DNA of 64,000 bases from Heteronotia binoei (GCF_032191835.1 NC_083240.1:34844001-34908000); one strand, 5' to 3'; positions 35,501-47,480 are shown, numbered from the stretch's first letter. Notes: a model not told the origin generated them from the sequence alone. Made by a program: numbers and translations.

Positions 35501-38500
35501 GTCCGAAGCAATGCTTCCTCTACGCAATGGAGTCTTGGGAGCAAAACTTCTACATCATGAGCTACTGGCATCCAAGCTGTGAGCGAGCAATTTGGCTGCT
35601 GCATAAATTAGTTTGCCCTGGGGCCATCCTTCCTGAGCTAAGACAAAAATGTGTGAGCCGGAGGCTAAAAAACTGTGAGCTAGCTCACACTAACTCAGCT
35701 TGGAGAGAACACTGATCAGGAGCAATCTTCCAGCTCCCTACACCTCCCCAGCCCACTGGCATTCACAGGTGTCCCTCTGAGTTTCCCGTCCCAAACAGCC
35801 CAGGGGGTTACCTGTTGATCAGACAGGTTTTGCCCACCGAGAGGTCGCCCACCACGATGATCTTGGATATTTTAAACCTGCCGAGTGAAAAGCAACAACC
35901 CGATTAGCTTCTCTTGGGTGGAAGGAGGAGCCATTCCCAGGAGCAGGAGGTGAAAAGCTGCCATCTGGACTCTGGCTCAGGGGAAGAGACCCTGTTCAGT
36001 CTGCAGAAGGTCCCAAGTTCAATCCCTGGCATCTCCAGCTCTCAAAGGATCAGGTCATAGGTGATGTGGAAGACATCCACCTGTGAGCCCGAGGTTGAGT
36101 AGACAATGCAGACTCTGAAGGGTGGCCGAACTGTGGCTCGGGAGCCACATATGGTGTTTTCACATATATTGTCTGGCTCTCAAAACCCCCACTGCCTTGT
36201 CGGTCAACTTGGAGAAAGCGTTTCTCTTTTTAAATCACTTCTCCAAGCCAAGATAGCTGGCAGCTTGGAGAATGCATTTAAAGTCCAACCTCGTTTAATA
36301 ATTTTAAAAGGAAGTACTTCTTCACCCAAAGAGTGATTAACACATGAAATGAACTGCCACAGACACAGCCAGCTTCAAGAGGGGACTGGATAAACATATA
36401 GAGCAGAGGTCCGTCAGTTGGTATTCGCCACAGCGTATTGTTGGAACTCTCTGTCTGGGGCACAGATGCTCTGTATTCTTGGTACTTGGGAGGGGCCACA
36501 GGGGGAGGGCTTGTAGAGTTCTGGCCCCACTGATGGACCTCCTGATGGCACCTGGTTTTTTGGCCACTGGGTGTACAGAGTATTGGACTGGATGGGCCAC
36601 TGGCCTGATCCAACATGGCTTCTCTTGTGTTCCTAAGTTAAAGTTGCTTTCTTTCCACCTCTTCCTCCCTCCCCCATCTTCTTGCCTTATTTCCCTTCTT
36701 CCCACATGCCCTCCCTTCACTCCCTGTCTTGCATCTTTCAAACATCTGACCTTTATGTGACTATGTGGCTCTTATATTAAGTAAGTTTGGCCACCCCGAA
36801 GGATCTAATTCCGTATAAGGCCGCTTCAAGTGTGAACAGACTCTGGGGTTTTCCCAGCCAAAAGGACTCTTGCCAATGAAGCTCCTGCAGCTGGTCTTGG
36901 ACATCGAGTCAAGCAGCCCCTCCCTGAGCAGACTTTAGGGCCTCCCAGAGACAGTGACGGGCAACTGGTTTGGGACCAGGCTCCGTCACTGCCTTAGAGC
37001 ACTGAGGGCACGGTGGTATATCTTCGCTGGACCCAAGACTACTGAGCATAAGGCGGAAGCTCCAGAGGCAGTCTACTTATCAACACCAAGTGCTCGGGAG
37101 GAGTGGCTAAACTTGCTTAACATAAGAGCCACATAAAATAAACATCAGATGGTTGAGAGCTGCAGGGAGGGAGGAAGGAAATACATGGAGGAGAGGTGGA
37201 AAGAAAGCAATTTTAACTTTAAATGCATTCTCCGAGCTGCTGTCCAACAAGGCAACGGGGACTTCAAGATCCACGCAATATGTGGGAAAGAGCCACCCCT
37301 GATCTAGAGAGCCAGTTTGGTGTGGAGAGCCAGTTTGGTGTAGTGGTTAAGTGCGGGCTCTTATCTGGGAGAACCGGGTTTGATTCCCCACTCCTCCACT
37401 TGCACCTGCTGGAATGGCCCTGGGTCAGCCATAGCTCTGGCAGAGGTTGTCCTTGAAAGGGCAGCTGCTGTGAGAGCCCTCTCAGCCCCACCCACCTCAC
37501 AGGGTGTCTGTTGTGGGGGAGGAAGGGAAAGGAGATTGTGAGCCGCTCTGAGACTCTTCAGAGTGGAGGGCGGGATATAAATCCAATATCTTCTTCTAGA
37601 GACTGTGCAGTTGCTTTCATGTTCTGCCAGCGCTTTTCCAGAGGCCCTTCTCAATGGAACATGGCTGGGCTTGTGCCACCTCACCCCTAAAACCCAGCTA
37701 GTTGCCAGCCTCAGGATGAGGCTAGAGATCGCCAGGGATCACAAATTTATTTATTTATTTGATTTACGTATATCCTGCCCTCCCCACCAAAGCAGGCTCA
37801 GGGCAGCTCAAACATAAAATCATAATAACAATTAAAACAATTATATTATAAAATCACAAATTCTACAGTTTAAAACAATTCAAATAGTTTTGGTGCTGAT
37901 CTCATCAGATGTTGTGTATTTCTGGTGGCGACGGCATTTCTCCAGATTCCTACGATGTAGGCTGCGCGTCAATTAAAAGCCAGCCAGAAGACAGCAGTCT
38001 TGCAGGCCTTGCGGAAATGAGCAAGGTCCCGCAAGGCCTTCACCTCCTCTGGTAATTGGTTCCACCAGTGGGGGGCTGCAACCAAGAAGGCCCTCTCTCT
38101 GGTGGTCTTTAGTTTGGACTCTTTCAGCCCAGGGATTACTAATAGATTTTGTGATCCAGATCGAAGTACGGTCTGGGGAACATGTGGGGAGAGATATCCC
38201 AAAGGTAGGCAGGTCCTAGGCCATGTAGGGCTTTAAAGGTAATAACCAGCACCTTGTAACGAATCCAGTACACTATTGGCAGCCAGTGCAGTTCCCACAG
38301 CCCCGGCTGTATGTGCTCCCACCTGGGAAGCCCCAATAGCAGCCTGGCCGCCACGTTCTGCACTAGCTGTGGTTTCCGGGTTCGGCACAGGGGCAGCCCC
38401 AAGTGGAGGGCATTAGAGTAATCCAAACTCGAGGTGACCGTAGCATGGATCACTGTTGCCAGGTCGTCGCACTCCAGGAAGGGGACCAACTGCCCCACCC

Positions 38501-41500
38501 GCCTTAGATGAAAAAAGGCGGATTTGGCAGTGGCTGCTATCTGGGCCTCCATTGTCAGGGCAGGCTCCAGCAACACCCCCAAGCTCTTGACCTTGTGCGC
38601 CATTGTCAGTGGCGCACCGTCAAATGCTGGTAAGGGAATTTCCCTGCTCAGACCACCGCGACTCAGGCAAAGGACCTCTGCCTTCGCTGGGTTCAACTTC
38701 AATCGACTCCGCCTGAGCCAACCTGCCACAGCTTGCAGTGCCAGATCTTCTGGGGCACAGTCAGGCCGTCCGTCCATCAGTAGATAGAGCTGAGCTCCAG
38801 ACGACATGTATTTATTGATGAGTTATTTGTTTAAAACATTCATTCCACTTCTGCTGGAAAAAACGGCTGCACTGGAAGGTGGACTGCATGGCGTGATCTC
38901 CTGGCGTGAGAGCCAGTTTGGTATAGTGGTTAAGTGTGCGGACTCTTATCTGGGAGAACCGGGTTTGATTCCCCACTCCTCCACTTGCACCTGCTGAGAT
39001 GGCCTTGGGTCAGCCATAGCTCTGGCAGAGGTTGTCCTTGAAAGGGCAGCTGCTGTGAGAGCCCTCCCAGCCCCACCCACATCACAGGGTGTCTGTTGTG
39101 GGGGAGGAAGGTAAAGGAGATTGTGAGCCGCTCTGAGACTCTTCGGAGTGGAGGGCGGGATATAAATCCAATATCTTCTTCTTCTTCTACCAAGATCCCT
39201 CCCCTCCCTAAACACCGCTCTTCCAGGCTCCACCCTCGGATCTCCAAGTATTTCTAAACCTGGAGTTGGAAAACGATAAATCCAACGCTTGGGGGAGGGA
39301 GGCTCCTGCCACCATCTCCCTGTCCTCAGGGCCGTAGCCAGGATTTCATGTTTGGTGGGGCCCACGGAAGGATTTGTTGGGGGGGGCACCTGGTTTGTCT
39401 GCCCAAGACTCTCGGCATTGTAAGCTGCCTTGAGTTCCGCAAGCTAACCCCACACCCCCTTCGCCTGGGCAGTTACAGCAGCTCTGCTCCCCCTGCCCCT
39501 TTCTTATGCACCCGTCTCTCAGAGAGACAGAGACCTCTTGAGTCTCTCCCCCCTCCCTTTGCTCAGCAAGGTGTGTTAGGGAAGGGGAGAGAAAAAAGCG
39601 AAAAGACCTGCCGCGATGCTACTACTTGTTCAGAGTGGCGGTGAGCAAAGGGGACAGATTGGGGGGCCCTCCAATGGAGGGGCCATACAGTTGGAAGGGG
39701 GGGTTGAAAGGATGGGCCTGACCCCTCCCAGGCCCCACTGTAGCTATAGGCCTGCCTGTCCACTCCCTGGAAATGGGGACTGGATTGGATGTGGGAAGTG
39801 CTTTCTGTTAACAGGAGAAGTCCTGAGCCCGCCCTCCAGCTGCATTCTTGCTCTATGACAAGTCCTCAACGTGCTCTGGCACAGCCGGGGAGCCAGGAGG
39901 GGGACTCCCACCTTCCCTGAGCGGCTGCAGAAGCAAGCGGGACAGGCAAGGCAGCTGGAGGAAGAGAATCCAGCAAGGCTGGGCGTGCCCAGGAGTTACG
40001 CTCTTCTCTTCTTGCTCTCTCTGTGTGTGCATGCATGAGGCCCGCATGACTCCCTCCCTTCCCTCCTCATCCATCTTCCTTCCTTCCTTCCTTCCCTCCC
40101 TCCTCATCCATCTTCCTTCCTTCCTTGTCTTGCAGCTCTCCATGCATTGTTTTGTGTCTCTCCCCCACTTTTTCCTCTCTGGTGGGCAAGCGCTACGTAC
40201 CCCACAGTGCCAGTGCGCTGGGCCTGACACATTCCAACTACTTTGGAGTGGAAGGAGGTCCTGGTATTCAGTGCTGCCTCTTTGGTGAAACACTGAAAAA
40301 GAGATCGGGGGGGGGGGGGGAATTAGGACATCCTGAGATCATGCGTTGCAGGCCCCCCGCCAAGCCTTCTCAGAGGTCAGGGGAGGGGGCTAGAGGTACA
40401 CAGAGAAAAAGATGTCAACCCAAACCAGAAACCCCTGCTGGCCTGTGGAGGAAGAAGCTGCACAACCTTCCTTCATATTGCCCTGCAGTTAAATTCACCC
40501 AGACCTGGATGGCCCAGGCTGGCCTGATCTCATCAGATCTCTTGAGGAGCGATGGTGGCTCAGTGGTAGAGCATTTGCTTGGGAAGCAGAAGGTCCCAGG
40601 TTCAATCCCCGGCATCTCCAAAAAAAGGGTCCAGGCAAATAGGTGTGAAAAACCTCAGCTGGAGACCCTGGAGAGCCGCTGCCAGTCTGAGAAGACAATA
40701 CTGACTTTGATGGACCATTCAGTATAAGGCAGCTTCATATGTTCAAGCCACTGTGTGACACAGAGTGTTGGACTCGAGGGACCGTTAGCCTGATCCAACA
40801 TGGCTTCTCTTATGCTCTTATGTCCCTGCTTCAGAAACCAAAAAAAAGTGCAGGGTCGCTATGCAGAAGCAGGCAATGGTCAACCGCCTCTGAACACCTC
40901 TTGCCTTGGAAACCCTACAGGGTCACTGTAAGTCAGCTGTGACTTGATGGCAAAGAATCCAACTGACTTGGTCAAGAAAGGCAAGCTATAATGATAGTGC
41001 GTAACAGGATTACAAAGCAGCCAGGAGATGGTTTGCCTTTTGCACACTGCAGTCTGCCAAGTCTGTTATCCCTTCCTCTGGACTGTGGATCTCTGGGCTT
41101 TGAAGGCCTACAAGCAAGCTTACAACTCTCCCCAAGACATTGAAACAGCTGAAATGGGAAGTCCCTGGGCAACTGTCTAGCTTGGTCCCAGCTCCAGACA
41201 CCAAAAAGACATTCCCAAGCCTTCATGCCCCCTGCTAGGGCAACCAGGCTGTCCCTGTCCCATGCCAAAACCACCCTTTGCCTCTCATAAGGAAGATTCT
41301 AGCCCAGGGGTGGCCAAATTTGCTTAACATAAGAGCCACATGGAATAAATGTGAGATGTTTTAGAGCTGCAAGACATAAACGTCAGANNNNNNNNNNNNN
41401 NNNNNNNNNNNNNNNNNNNNNNNNNNNNNNNNNNNNNNNNNNNNNNNNNNNNNNNNNNNNNNNNNNNNNNNNNNNNNNNNNNNNNNNNNNNNNNNNNNNN

Positions 41501-41872
41501 NNNNNNNNNNNNNNNNNNNNNNNNNNNNNNNNNNNNNNNNNNNNNNNNNNGTGGAAAGAAAGCAACTTCAACTTTAAATGTATTATCGAAGCTGCCAGCT
41601 GGTTTGGCTTGGAGAAGTGATTTCAAGAGACAAATGCCTCCTCCAAGCTGGCCAATGGGGCAGTGGGGACTTCAAGAGCCGCACAATATGTGTGAAAGAA
41701 CCACAAGTGGCTTCCAAGCTGCAGTTTGGCCACCCCTGCTCTAGCCCCACAAGTGTGGCTCTTTTCCTGTTTCCATTCCCATCTTTCCACCCCCCCACAG
41801 GAACTGTGGCCTCCTTACCAGGGGCAGCTCAGCAATGACCCGATCCTTCCTGACAGGTGCAAGGAAACTCAT
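26518..41872 (-). CDS. RAB34: Ras-related protein Rab-34, 259 aa, 10 coding exons
   Basis: Exons 41872-41819, 40292-40201, 35877-35812, 34849-34748, 34616-34552, 32094-32043, 31092-31011, 29742-29652, 28973-28866 and 26585-26518, total 780 nt, all GT-AG. Motifs MSFLAPVRKDRVIAELP, GDLSVGKT, IGVDF, WDTAGQE, TKKD and C-terminal CCQ. Confidence 0.96.
26964..27176 (+). mobile_element. Squam2-like tRNA-derived SINE
   Basis: Pol III A box GGCTCAGTGGTAGAG, B box GGTTCAATCCC, tail GCAGCTTCATATGTTCA. Copies at 1-846 (split), 30748-30900 (-), 33545-33720 (-), 33893-34060, 35985-36110, 40549-40744, 62027-62233 (-) and 62898-63112 (-). Confidence 0.78.
27434..27725 (+). mobile_element. Squam3-type SINE (RAB34 intron 9)
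   Basis: Full length with a (TCT)n tail. Confidence 0.85.
29983..30365 (+). mobile_element. CR1 3' fragment nested in a hAT MITE
   Basis: HSMKLPSSRVRTDKRKYFF and the same 3' UTR as 42640-43016. Similar copies at 36310-36632, 40745-40820 and 44345-44650 (+), and at 6092-6262, 46603-46760 and 62736-63227 (-). Confidence 0.8.
31201..31335 (+). mobile_element. 5S rRNA-derived SINE (SINE3-like)
   Basis: CCTGATCTCGTTAGATCTCAGAAACTAAGCAGGG...AGTACTTGGATG...GGAATACCAGGG resembles 5S rRNA. Relatives with an RTE-like tail at 8667-8818, 15003-15075 (-), 47905-48065 (-), 55775-55902 (-), 59333-59500 and 61143-61285. Confidence 0.7.
32308..32598 (+). mobile_element. Squam3-type SINE (RAB34 intron 5); older variant at 34125-34385
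   Basis: Same consensus. The 34125 copy lacks the GTTGTCCTTGAAAGGGCAGC insertion. Confidence 0.8.
32857..33136. mobile_element. Palindromic PIF/Harbinger-like MITE (280 bp) in RAB34 intron 5
   Basis: GGGCGTTTTCGCAC...GTGCGAAAACACCC, arms about 137 bp, 6-nt loop CGCTGG. 3-bp flanks TCG/TCA are consistent with a 3-bp TSD. Confidence 0.75.
35001..35262 (+). mobile_element. Squam3-type SINE (RAB34 intron 3)
   Basis: Head TTTGGTGTAGTGGTTAAG, internal deletion, (TTC)n tail. Confidence 0.8.
37308..37598 (+). mobile_element. Squam3-type SINE with duplicated head
   Basis: GAGAGCCAGTTTGGTGT is repeated twice at the 5' end. Confidence 0.85.
37745..38800 (-). mobile_element. L2-clade LINE 3' fragment (RT C-terminal region)
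   Basis: ORF 38139-38807 contains LKLNPAKAEVL, LGVLLEPALTM, DYSNAL, QLVQNVAARLL and LHWLPIVYWIRYKVL, typical of L2/CR1-group ORF2. Ends in an (AATA)n tail near 37745. Confidence 0.88.
38907..39190 (+). mobile_element. Squam3-type SINE (RAB34 intron 2)
   Basis: Full length, nearly identical to the 37308 and 42257 copies. Confidence 0.85.
39326..39800 (+). repeat. Unclassified ~500-bp dispersed repeat (3 copies)
   Basis: Starts CAGGGCCGTAGCCAGG. Reverse-complement copies at about 25735-26135 and 26620-27195 (the latter split by Squam2). Confidence 0.7.
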
Positions 41873-42182
41873 GACTGGGACTGCAGACGCCTCAAGCATT
41901 CATACCTGGCCAGAAAAAAAGGTTGGCAGAGGTGGCAGGTATTTCAATGCGGGCATTTTATTTTCAAATTATACCCCATTTTTCAAAGAACATCCACATC
42001 AGCTGGTATCCATGCCCTGCCCTCCCACGTTCTCGGTTCTCCTATATCTGAAACTGAAAGTCCCTTGTGGCTGGGGACTTGGCGTATCAAAGAGCTGTCC
42101 CATATGCGATGTGACAATGTTTCTTGGCTCTTCTGCATCGCTGGTGGCAAAGTCATAGCACTGAAACAAACCAAAATGGGCA

Positions 42183-43016
42183 ACTAGAATGATTCAAGGG
42201 TTGGAACACTTTCCCTATGAAGAAAGGTTAAAACGCTTGGGGCTCTTTAGCTTGGAAAGCCAGTTTGGTGTAGTGGTTAAGTGTGCGGACTCTTATCTGG
42301 GAGAACCGGGTTTGATTCCCCACTCCTCCACTTGCACCTGCTGGAATGGCCTCGGGTCAGCCATAGCTCTGGCAGAGGTTGTCCTTGAAAGGGCAGCTGC
42401 TGTGAGAGCCCTCTCCAGCCCCACCCACCTCACAGGGTGTCTGTTGTGGGGGAGGAAGGGAAAGGAGATTGTGAGCCGCTCTGAGACTCTTCGGAGTGGA
42501 GGGCGGGATATAAATCCAATATCATTATCATTATCATTGGAGAAACGTCGGCTGAGGGGTGACATGATCAAGGTTTACAAGATTATGCATGGGATGGAGA
42601 AAGTAGAGAAAGAAGTACTTTTCTCCCTTTCTCACAATACGAGAACTCGTGGGCATTCAATGAAATTGCTGAGCAGTCGGGTTAGAATGGATAAAAGGAA
42701 GCACTTCTTCACCCAGGGGGTGATTAACACATGGAATTCACTGCCACAGGAAGTGGCGGCTGCAAGCATAGGCAGCTTCAAGAGGGGATTGGATAAACAT
42801 CTGGAGCAGAGGTCCATCAGTGGCTATTAGCCACAGCATATTGTTGGAACTCTCTGTCTGGGGCAGTGATGCTCTGTATTCTTGGTGCTTGGGAGGGGGC
42901 CACAGTGGGAGGGCTTCTAGTGTCCTGGCCCCACTGATAGAGCCGGGTGTGACACAGAGTGTTGGACTGGATGGGACACTGGCCTGATCCAACATGGCTT
43001 CTCTTATGTTCTTAAT
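42183..43016 (+). mobile_element. CR1 LINE 3' fragment split by a Squam3 SINE
   Basis: MIQGLEHFPYEERLKRLGLFSLE|KRRLRGDMIKVYKI...TRGHSMKL...RKHFFTQGVINTWNSLP, followed by the 3' UTR and a TTCTTATG tail. Confidence 0.88.
42257..42537 (+). mobile_element. Squam3-type SINE nested in CR1
   Basis: Full length with a (TCAT/TAT)n tail. Splits the CR1 codons SLE|KRR. Confidence 0.85.
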
Positions 43017-44869
43017 CATGAAGCTTTGCCAATGCAGCCTGAACCTGGCTGGAGTGAGTTTGGAAACCCACCCTAGGGCCCCGCCAACATTTCCAAGAAA
43101 ATCCTGGTGCTTCTGCCTCAAAACCTTCCCCGAATCTGGAAGCTGGGCTTGGAGTCCAACAGTCTACTTGCCTGGACAAATGGAAGAGCGAGGGATTCAA
43201 ACGTGAAATTTGCTGCCAGACGATGTAGTGATGGCCACAGGAATAAACAGCTTTAAAAGCAGATGAGGTAGATTCAGGGCGGAGAGGTTGGTCAGTGGTT
43301 ACTGGCCAATGTGACAGGGGGGAAACTCCACATTCAGAGGCACGAAACCTCTGAATACAAGAGCCAGGCAGCAGCATCTAGGGAAGGCCTCGGCCTCCAT
43401 GGCCTGTAGAAGGCCCTCCAGAGGAACTGGTTGGCCACTGTGTGAGGCAGGAGGCTGGATTAGATGGAGCCAAGATTTTGGGAGGTACATGCTGCCTGCT
43501 TCCCTTTGTCATCCATGTTCAGTCCAGCGAAAGGAAGTTTGTACCCCAAAAATATTGTTGGTCTCTTACCAACACAGCTGCCCTCCAAAGCAATCTAGAT
43601 CAGGGGCTCCTATCAGGCCCTCGAGCAACTGGCTGTCATCTGCTTCCTTCTCCCTCTCTCTTGCTTCCTTCTGCATCACAGCTTGCTTTGCAAGGCTTGC
43701 TCAATCTCACAGGAGCTACAGAGCAAAGCCTCTATTTTTTTCCCATTGGCTGAGGGAGGAAGGTGGGGAGGCAGAGCATGTTTTTCCAGGCTCTCTCAAT
43801 TGCACAGAGAGCTACTGAGCCAAGCCTCTCTTCCTTCTATTGGCTGAGGCTCTTCCCCTTCCTGGCCTCCAGGGGAAGGAAGGAAACAGCTAGAGCTTCC
43901 GTTGCCCAGTTTGCTAGATCCCATGGGAGAGATACAAAGAAAGCATCTTTAACGACAACGAGTGCTAATGTTTTAAGCATGTTTTATTTTAAGGGTTTTT
44001 TAAAAACAAAAAACCTTTAATTGTGTTTGTCTGTGTCCTTTATAAAGTTTATAACTCTGCTACCTAATCTTAAATAGATACACACAGCCCGGCCCAACTA
44101 GACATGGCCCAGCCCAGCAAGGTCTCATTTATGTCAGATCTGGCCCTCACAACAAATGAGTTTGACGCCCCTGGTCTAAATGATTTGTGCAGAAGGGAAA
44201 ATATTATATTTTTACGAACTTTCTCTTCCAAAGCTGCCCCACGGTAAAGTCCAAGGGGTGTAACTGCATGAAAAAACTTCCTCCCTGCTCAATCTTTGGG
44301 GAGGGGGAGGGAGGGAATAGGGTCTGCTCCAAAAGCAACCGTATTGTACATGGAATTCACTGCCATGGGAGGAGGTGGCAGCGGCTGCAAGCATAGACAG
44401 CTTCAAGAGGGGACTGGATGAACAAATGGAGCAGAGGTCCATCACTGGCTATTAGCAACAGTGTATTGATGGAACTCTCTGTCTGGGGCAGTGATGCTCT
44501 GTATTTTTGGTGCTTGGGAGGGACAACAGTGGGAGGGCTTCTAGTGTCCTGGCCCCACTGATGGACCTCCTGATGGTGCCTTGGTTTTTGGCCACTGTGT
44601 GACACAGAGCGTTGGACTGGATGGCCCACTGACCTGATCCAACAAGGCACATTTGTCATTTTTTTCTCCAAAGCGTTCAAGGCGGCCAACACTGCTTCCC
44701 CCCCCCTCTCCCACTTTATCCTCACGACAATCCTGCGAGGTAGGTTATGCTCAGAAAAAACGACTAACCGAAAGCCACCGAGTCATTTTCTTGTCTCCCA
44801 GCCGCTACTCTGGTTCCCCCACTCACTCCACCCCTACACCAGAAAGGGCATTTTAGAAGCAGCAGACGG

Positions 44870-45720
44870 GCCTCAGCCGCTCTCCTGGCTTGCTTGTGGG
44901 GGAGCGGCGCGCCTTTCATTCACCGCTAGGAGTGAAAAGAGGGGGCCCCGATCCAGGGGAGCCATCGAGGGGCCTGACGCTGAACGCCGAAAGCCCCCAG
45001 ATCTCTCCCTCCTTCTCCTCCTCCTCCTCCTCCGGCGGCGCCATCCCGCCCGTCCCGTCTCGCAGGAAGCTCGGAGGAGGGAGGGCGCAGTCGGTAACTC
45101 GATCCCCGGAAATTCCAGAGGACTCTCCGACCGGGTGGAAGGCGCAGGGGGCTGCGGGATGCCCGCCTAGCTAAGGCGGGAGAGACGAAGGGGCCTAATC
45201 CGTCGCAAGGAAAAGGTGCCGGGGCCCCTTCCCGCTAACCCTACGGGGGGGGGGAGGAGGAGGAGACTTGCAGGCGCTCTGCATGCGCCCAGAGACACTC
45301 TCGCCTTCCTGGGCGCAAAGAGGGTTGCGCTCGTCAAGGCGTCGCACTAGTTTCTGCGCACGGGGTCCCCGTCGAGGCTCCCTCCCTACCTTCTCCGGCG
45401 GCCAAGCGAGCAGGCAGACGAAGCGGCGGGCCGCGCCGACGACCCACCCGGCGGCATCTGCTCCCAATTAGTGACTCAGAGGCAGGCGGGGGCGGGCAGA
45501 GCCCCCCGCTGCGAGGGGAGGGCGGGAGGAGGAGGAGGGGCCCGGGGCCGGCCTGGGAGAGCGCGCCTGCTGCTGAGCCCGGCCACGCCATTCCTGCAGG
45601 GCCCGCACTTCGGCACGCGGGAGGGAGCGCGGCCAGTCTGCCGCCCATAAGGGAGCCTCGCCCCCGGGCCCCTCGGAGGTGCTCGGCTGGGTCAGAACAA
45701 AGCGGGCCTGCATCTTTCCA
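44870..45720 (-). promoter_or_regulatory. CpG island; probable RAB34 promoter and non-coding first exon
   Basis: CpG-dense block about 3 kb upstream of the first coding exon, which has its own acceptor at 41906, so an upstream exon is required. GC boxes at 45484-45495. Confidence 0.65.
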
Positions 45721-45934
45721 ACATCTTGTTCCTACCAACAGGGCAGAATCCCTCCCGGCTCCAAGCCACTGGCATTCGGAGGTGCAAAACCTTTGGGTTT
45801 TGTTTAGCCAGAGGCGCTGACTTTTCTGCAAGACCCAGGAGATCCGAGTTCAAATTCCTTCTCAGCTACAAAATTTTCCTCATACATTTAAGAAGTTTAA
45901 AGACAGGATTTTACTGAGTACAATGTTCCCAAGG

Positions 45935-46430
45935 TAGGGTTGCCAATCCCCAGGCGGGGGCAGGAGATACCCGGTTTGGAGGCCCCCCCTCGCTTCAGGG
46001 TCATCAAAAAAGGGGGGTGGAATGTCTGCTGGGCACTCCATTATTCCCTATGGAGACCGATTCCCATAGGGTATAATGGAGAATTGCTCGGCTGGTATCT
46101 GGGGCTCTGTGGGGGATGTCTAGATGTAGAAGCACCAAATTTTCAGCATAGCATCCAGTGCCACTTCCCAGAATACCCTCCAAGTTTCAGAATGATTGGA
46201 CCAGGGGTTCCAATTCTTTGAGCCCTAAAGTAGGTGTCCCATATCCTCCATTATTTCCAGTGGAGAGAAGGCATTTAAAAGGAGTGCAGTCCCTATAAAT
46301 GTGATGGCCAGAATTCCCTCTGGAGTTCAATTATGCTTGTCATAACCTTGCTCCTGGCTCCACCCCTGAAGTCCCCTGGCTCCACCCCCAAAGTCCCCAG
46401 ATATTTCTTGAGTTGGACTTGGCAACCCTA
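45935..46430. mobile_element. TAGGGTTGCCA-TIR DNA transposon/MITE family E
   Basis: TIR TAGGGTTGCC / GGCAACCCTA, TSD TCCCAAGG/CCCCAAGG. Copy at 50214-50731 (TSD CATACTAG, nested in family C) and at about 21060-21571. Confidence 0.78.
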
Positions 46431-46930
46431 CCCCAAGGAAAACCTTACTTGGAATTAGATTCTTAAAAGCTGAGCAAACCAAGGATACTCAGACATTTGA
46501 AGAACAAAAAACCCTGCTGAAAGCTTATCTATTTAAGAAGCTTCCTAACTGGGAAAGCCAAAGCCTATCTGTCTTGGTTCTCATTTTCCCCTTAATTTGG
46601 CCATGCTGGATCAGGCCCATCCAGTCCAACAGTCTGTGTTACACAGTGACCAAAAAACCCAGATGCCATCAGGAGGTCCACCAGTGGGGCCAGAACTCCA
46701 GAAGCGCTCCCACTGTTGCCCCCCCCAAGCACCAAGAATACAGAGCATCACTGCCCCAGACGGAACAATTCCACACTAGACCTTTAATCTTGGTTCAGCC
46801 CTGTCCCCAAACTGACATTCTACACTGGAATCATAGAAACCAACTCTGTGAGTCCATGATTCTTTTATTCTAGTATAGAAAATCAGTTTGGCGACAAGGC
46901 TGAACCAGGATTAAAGGTCTAGTGCAGAAC

Positions 46931-47118
46931 TGGCCTGAGAGTTCCATCGGTAGGCTTCGCTCCATACGTTTCCCCGGTCTCCTCTTGAATTTGTCTATGC
47001 TTGTAGTCACCACCACTTCCTGTGGCCTGAGAGTTCCATCGGTAGGCTTCGCTCCATACGTTTCCCCGGGCTCCTCTTGAATTTGTCTATGCTTGTAGTC
47101 ACCACCACTTCCTGTGGC
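46931..47118. repeat. 92-bp tandem duplication
   Basis: 46931-47022 and 47023-47114 differ at one base. Confidence 0.88.
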
Positions 47119-47480
47119 AGTGAATTCTACAGGTTAATAATTACTCTTTGGGTGAAGAAGTCCTTCCTTTTATCTGTTCTAAGCCTACTACTGCTCACTA
47201 ATTTCATTGAGCGGCCATGAGTTCTGGTATGGAGAGAAGGGGAGAAACAGACTTCTTTCTCTACCTTCTCAGTCCCATGCATAATCTTGTAAACTTCTAT
47301 TATGCCAGTCATCGGTTTCCAAGCTAAAAATCCCTAAGCTCTTTAGCCTTTCTTCATACAGAAAGTGTTCCATCCCTTTAATCAATTTAGTTGCCCCTTT
47401 TTCCAGTGCTGTATCTTTCTTGAGGTGCAGTGACAAAGTACTCTAAAGGAGGCTGCACCATAGATTTGTACAGGGGCATT
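47040..47480 (-). mobile_element. CR1 ORF2 C-terminal fragment
   Basis: Minus frame IEVYKIMHGTEKVEKE...THGRSMKL...DKRKDFFTQRVI. Confidence 0.75.

Noticed and set aside
42189-42830. 213-aa ORF
   Set aside because: Chance in-frame fusion of CR1 ORF2 remnants and a Squam3 SINE, antisense within a RAB34 intron.
44890-45831. ORFs in the RAB34 CpG island; possible NARR equivalent
   Set aside because: No 27-nt (nine-residue) repeats are visible. Consistent with GC-rich artefacts.
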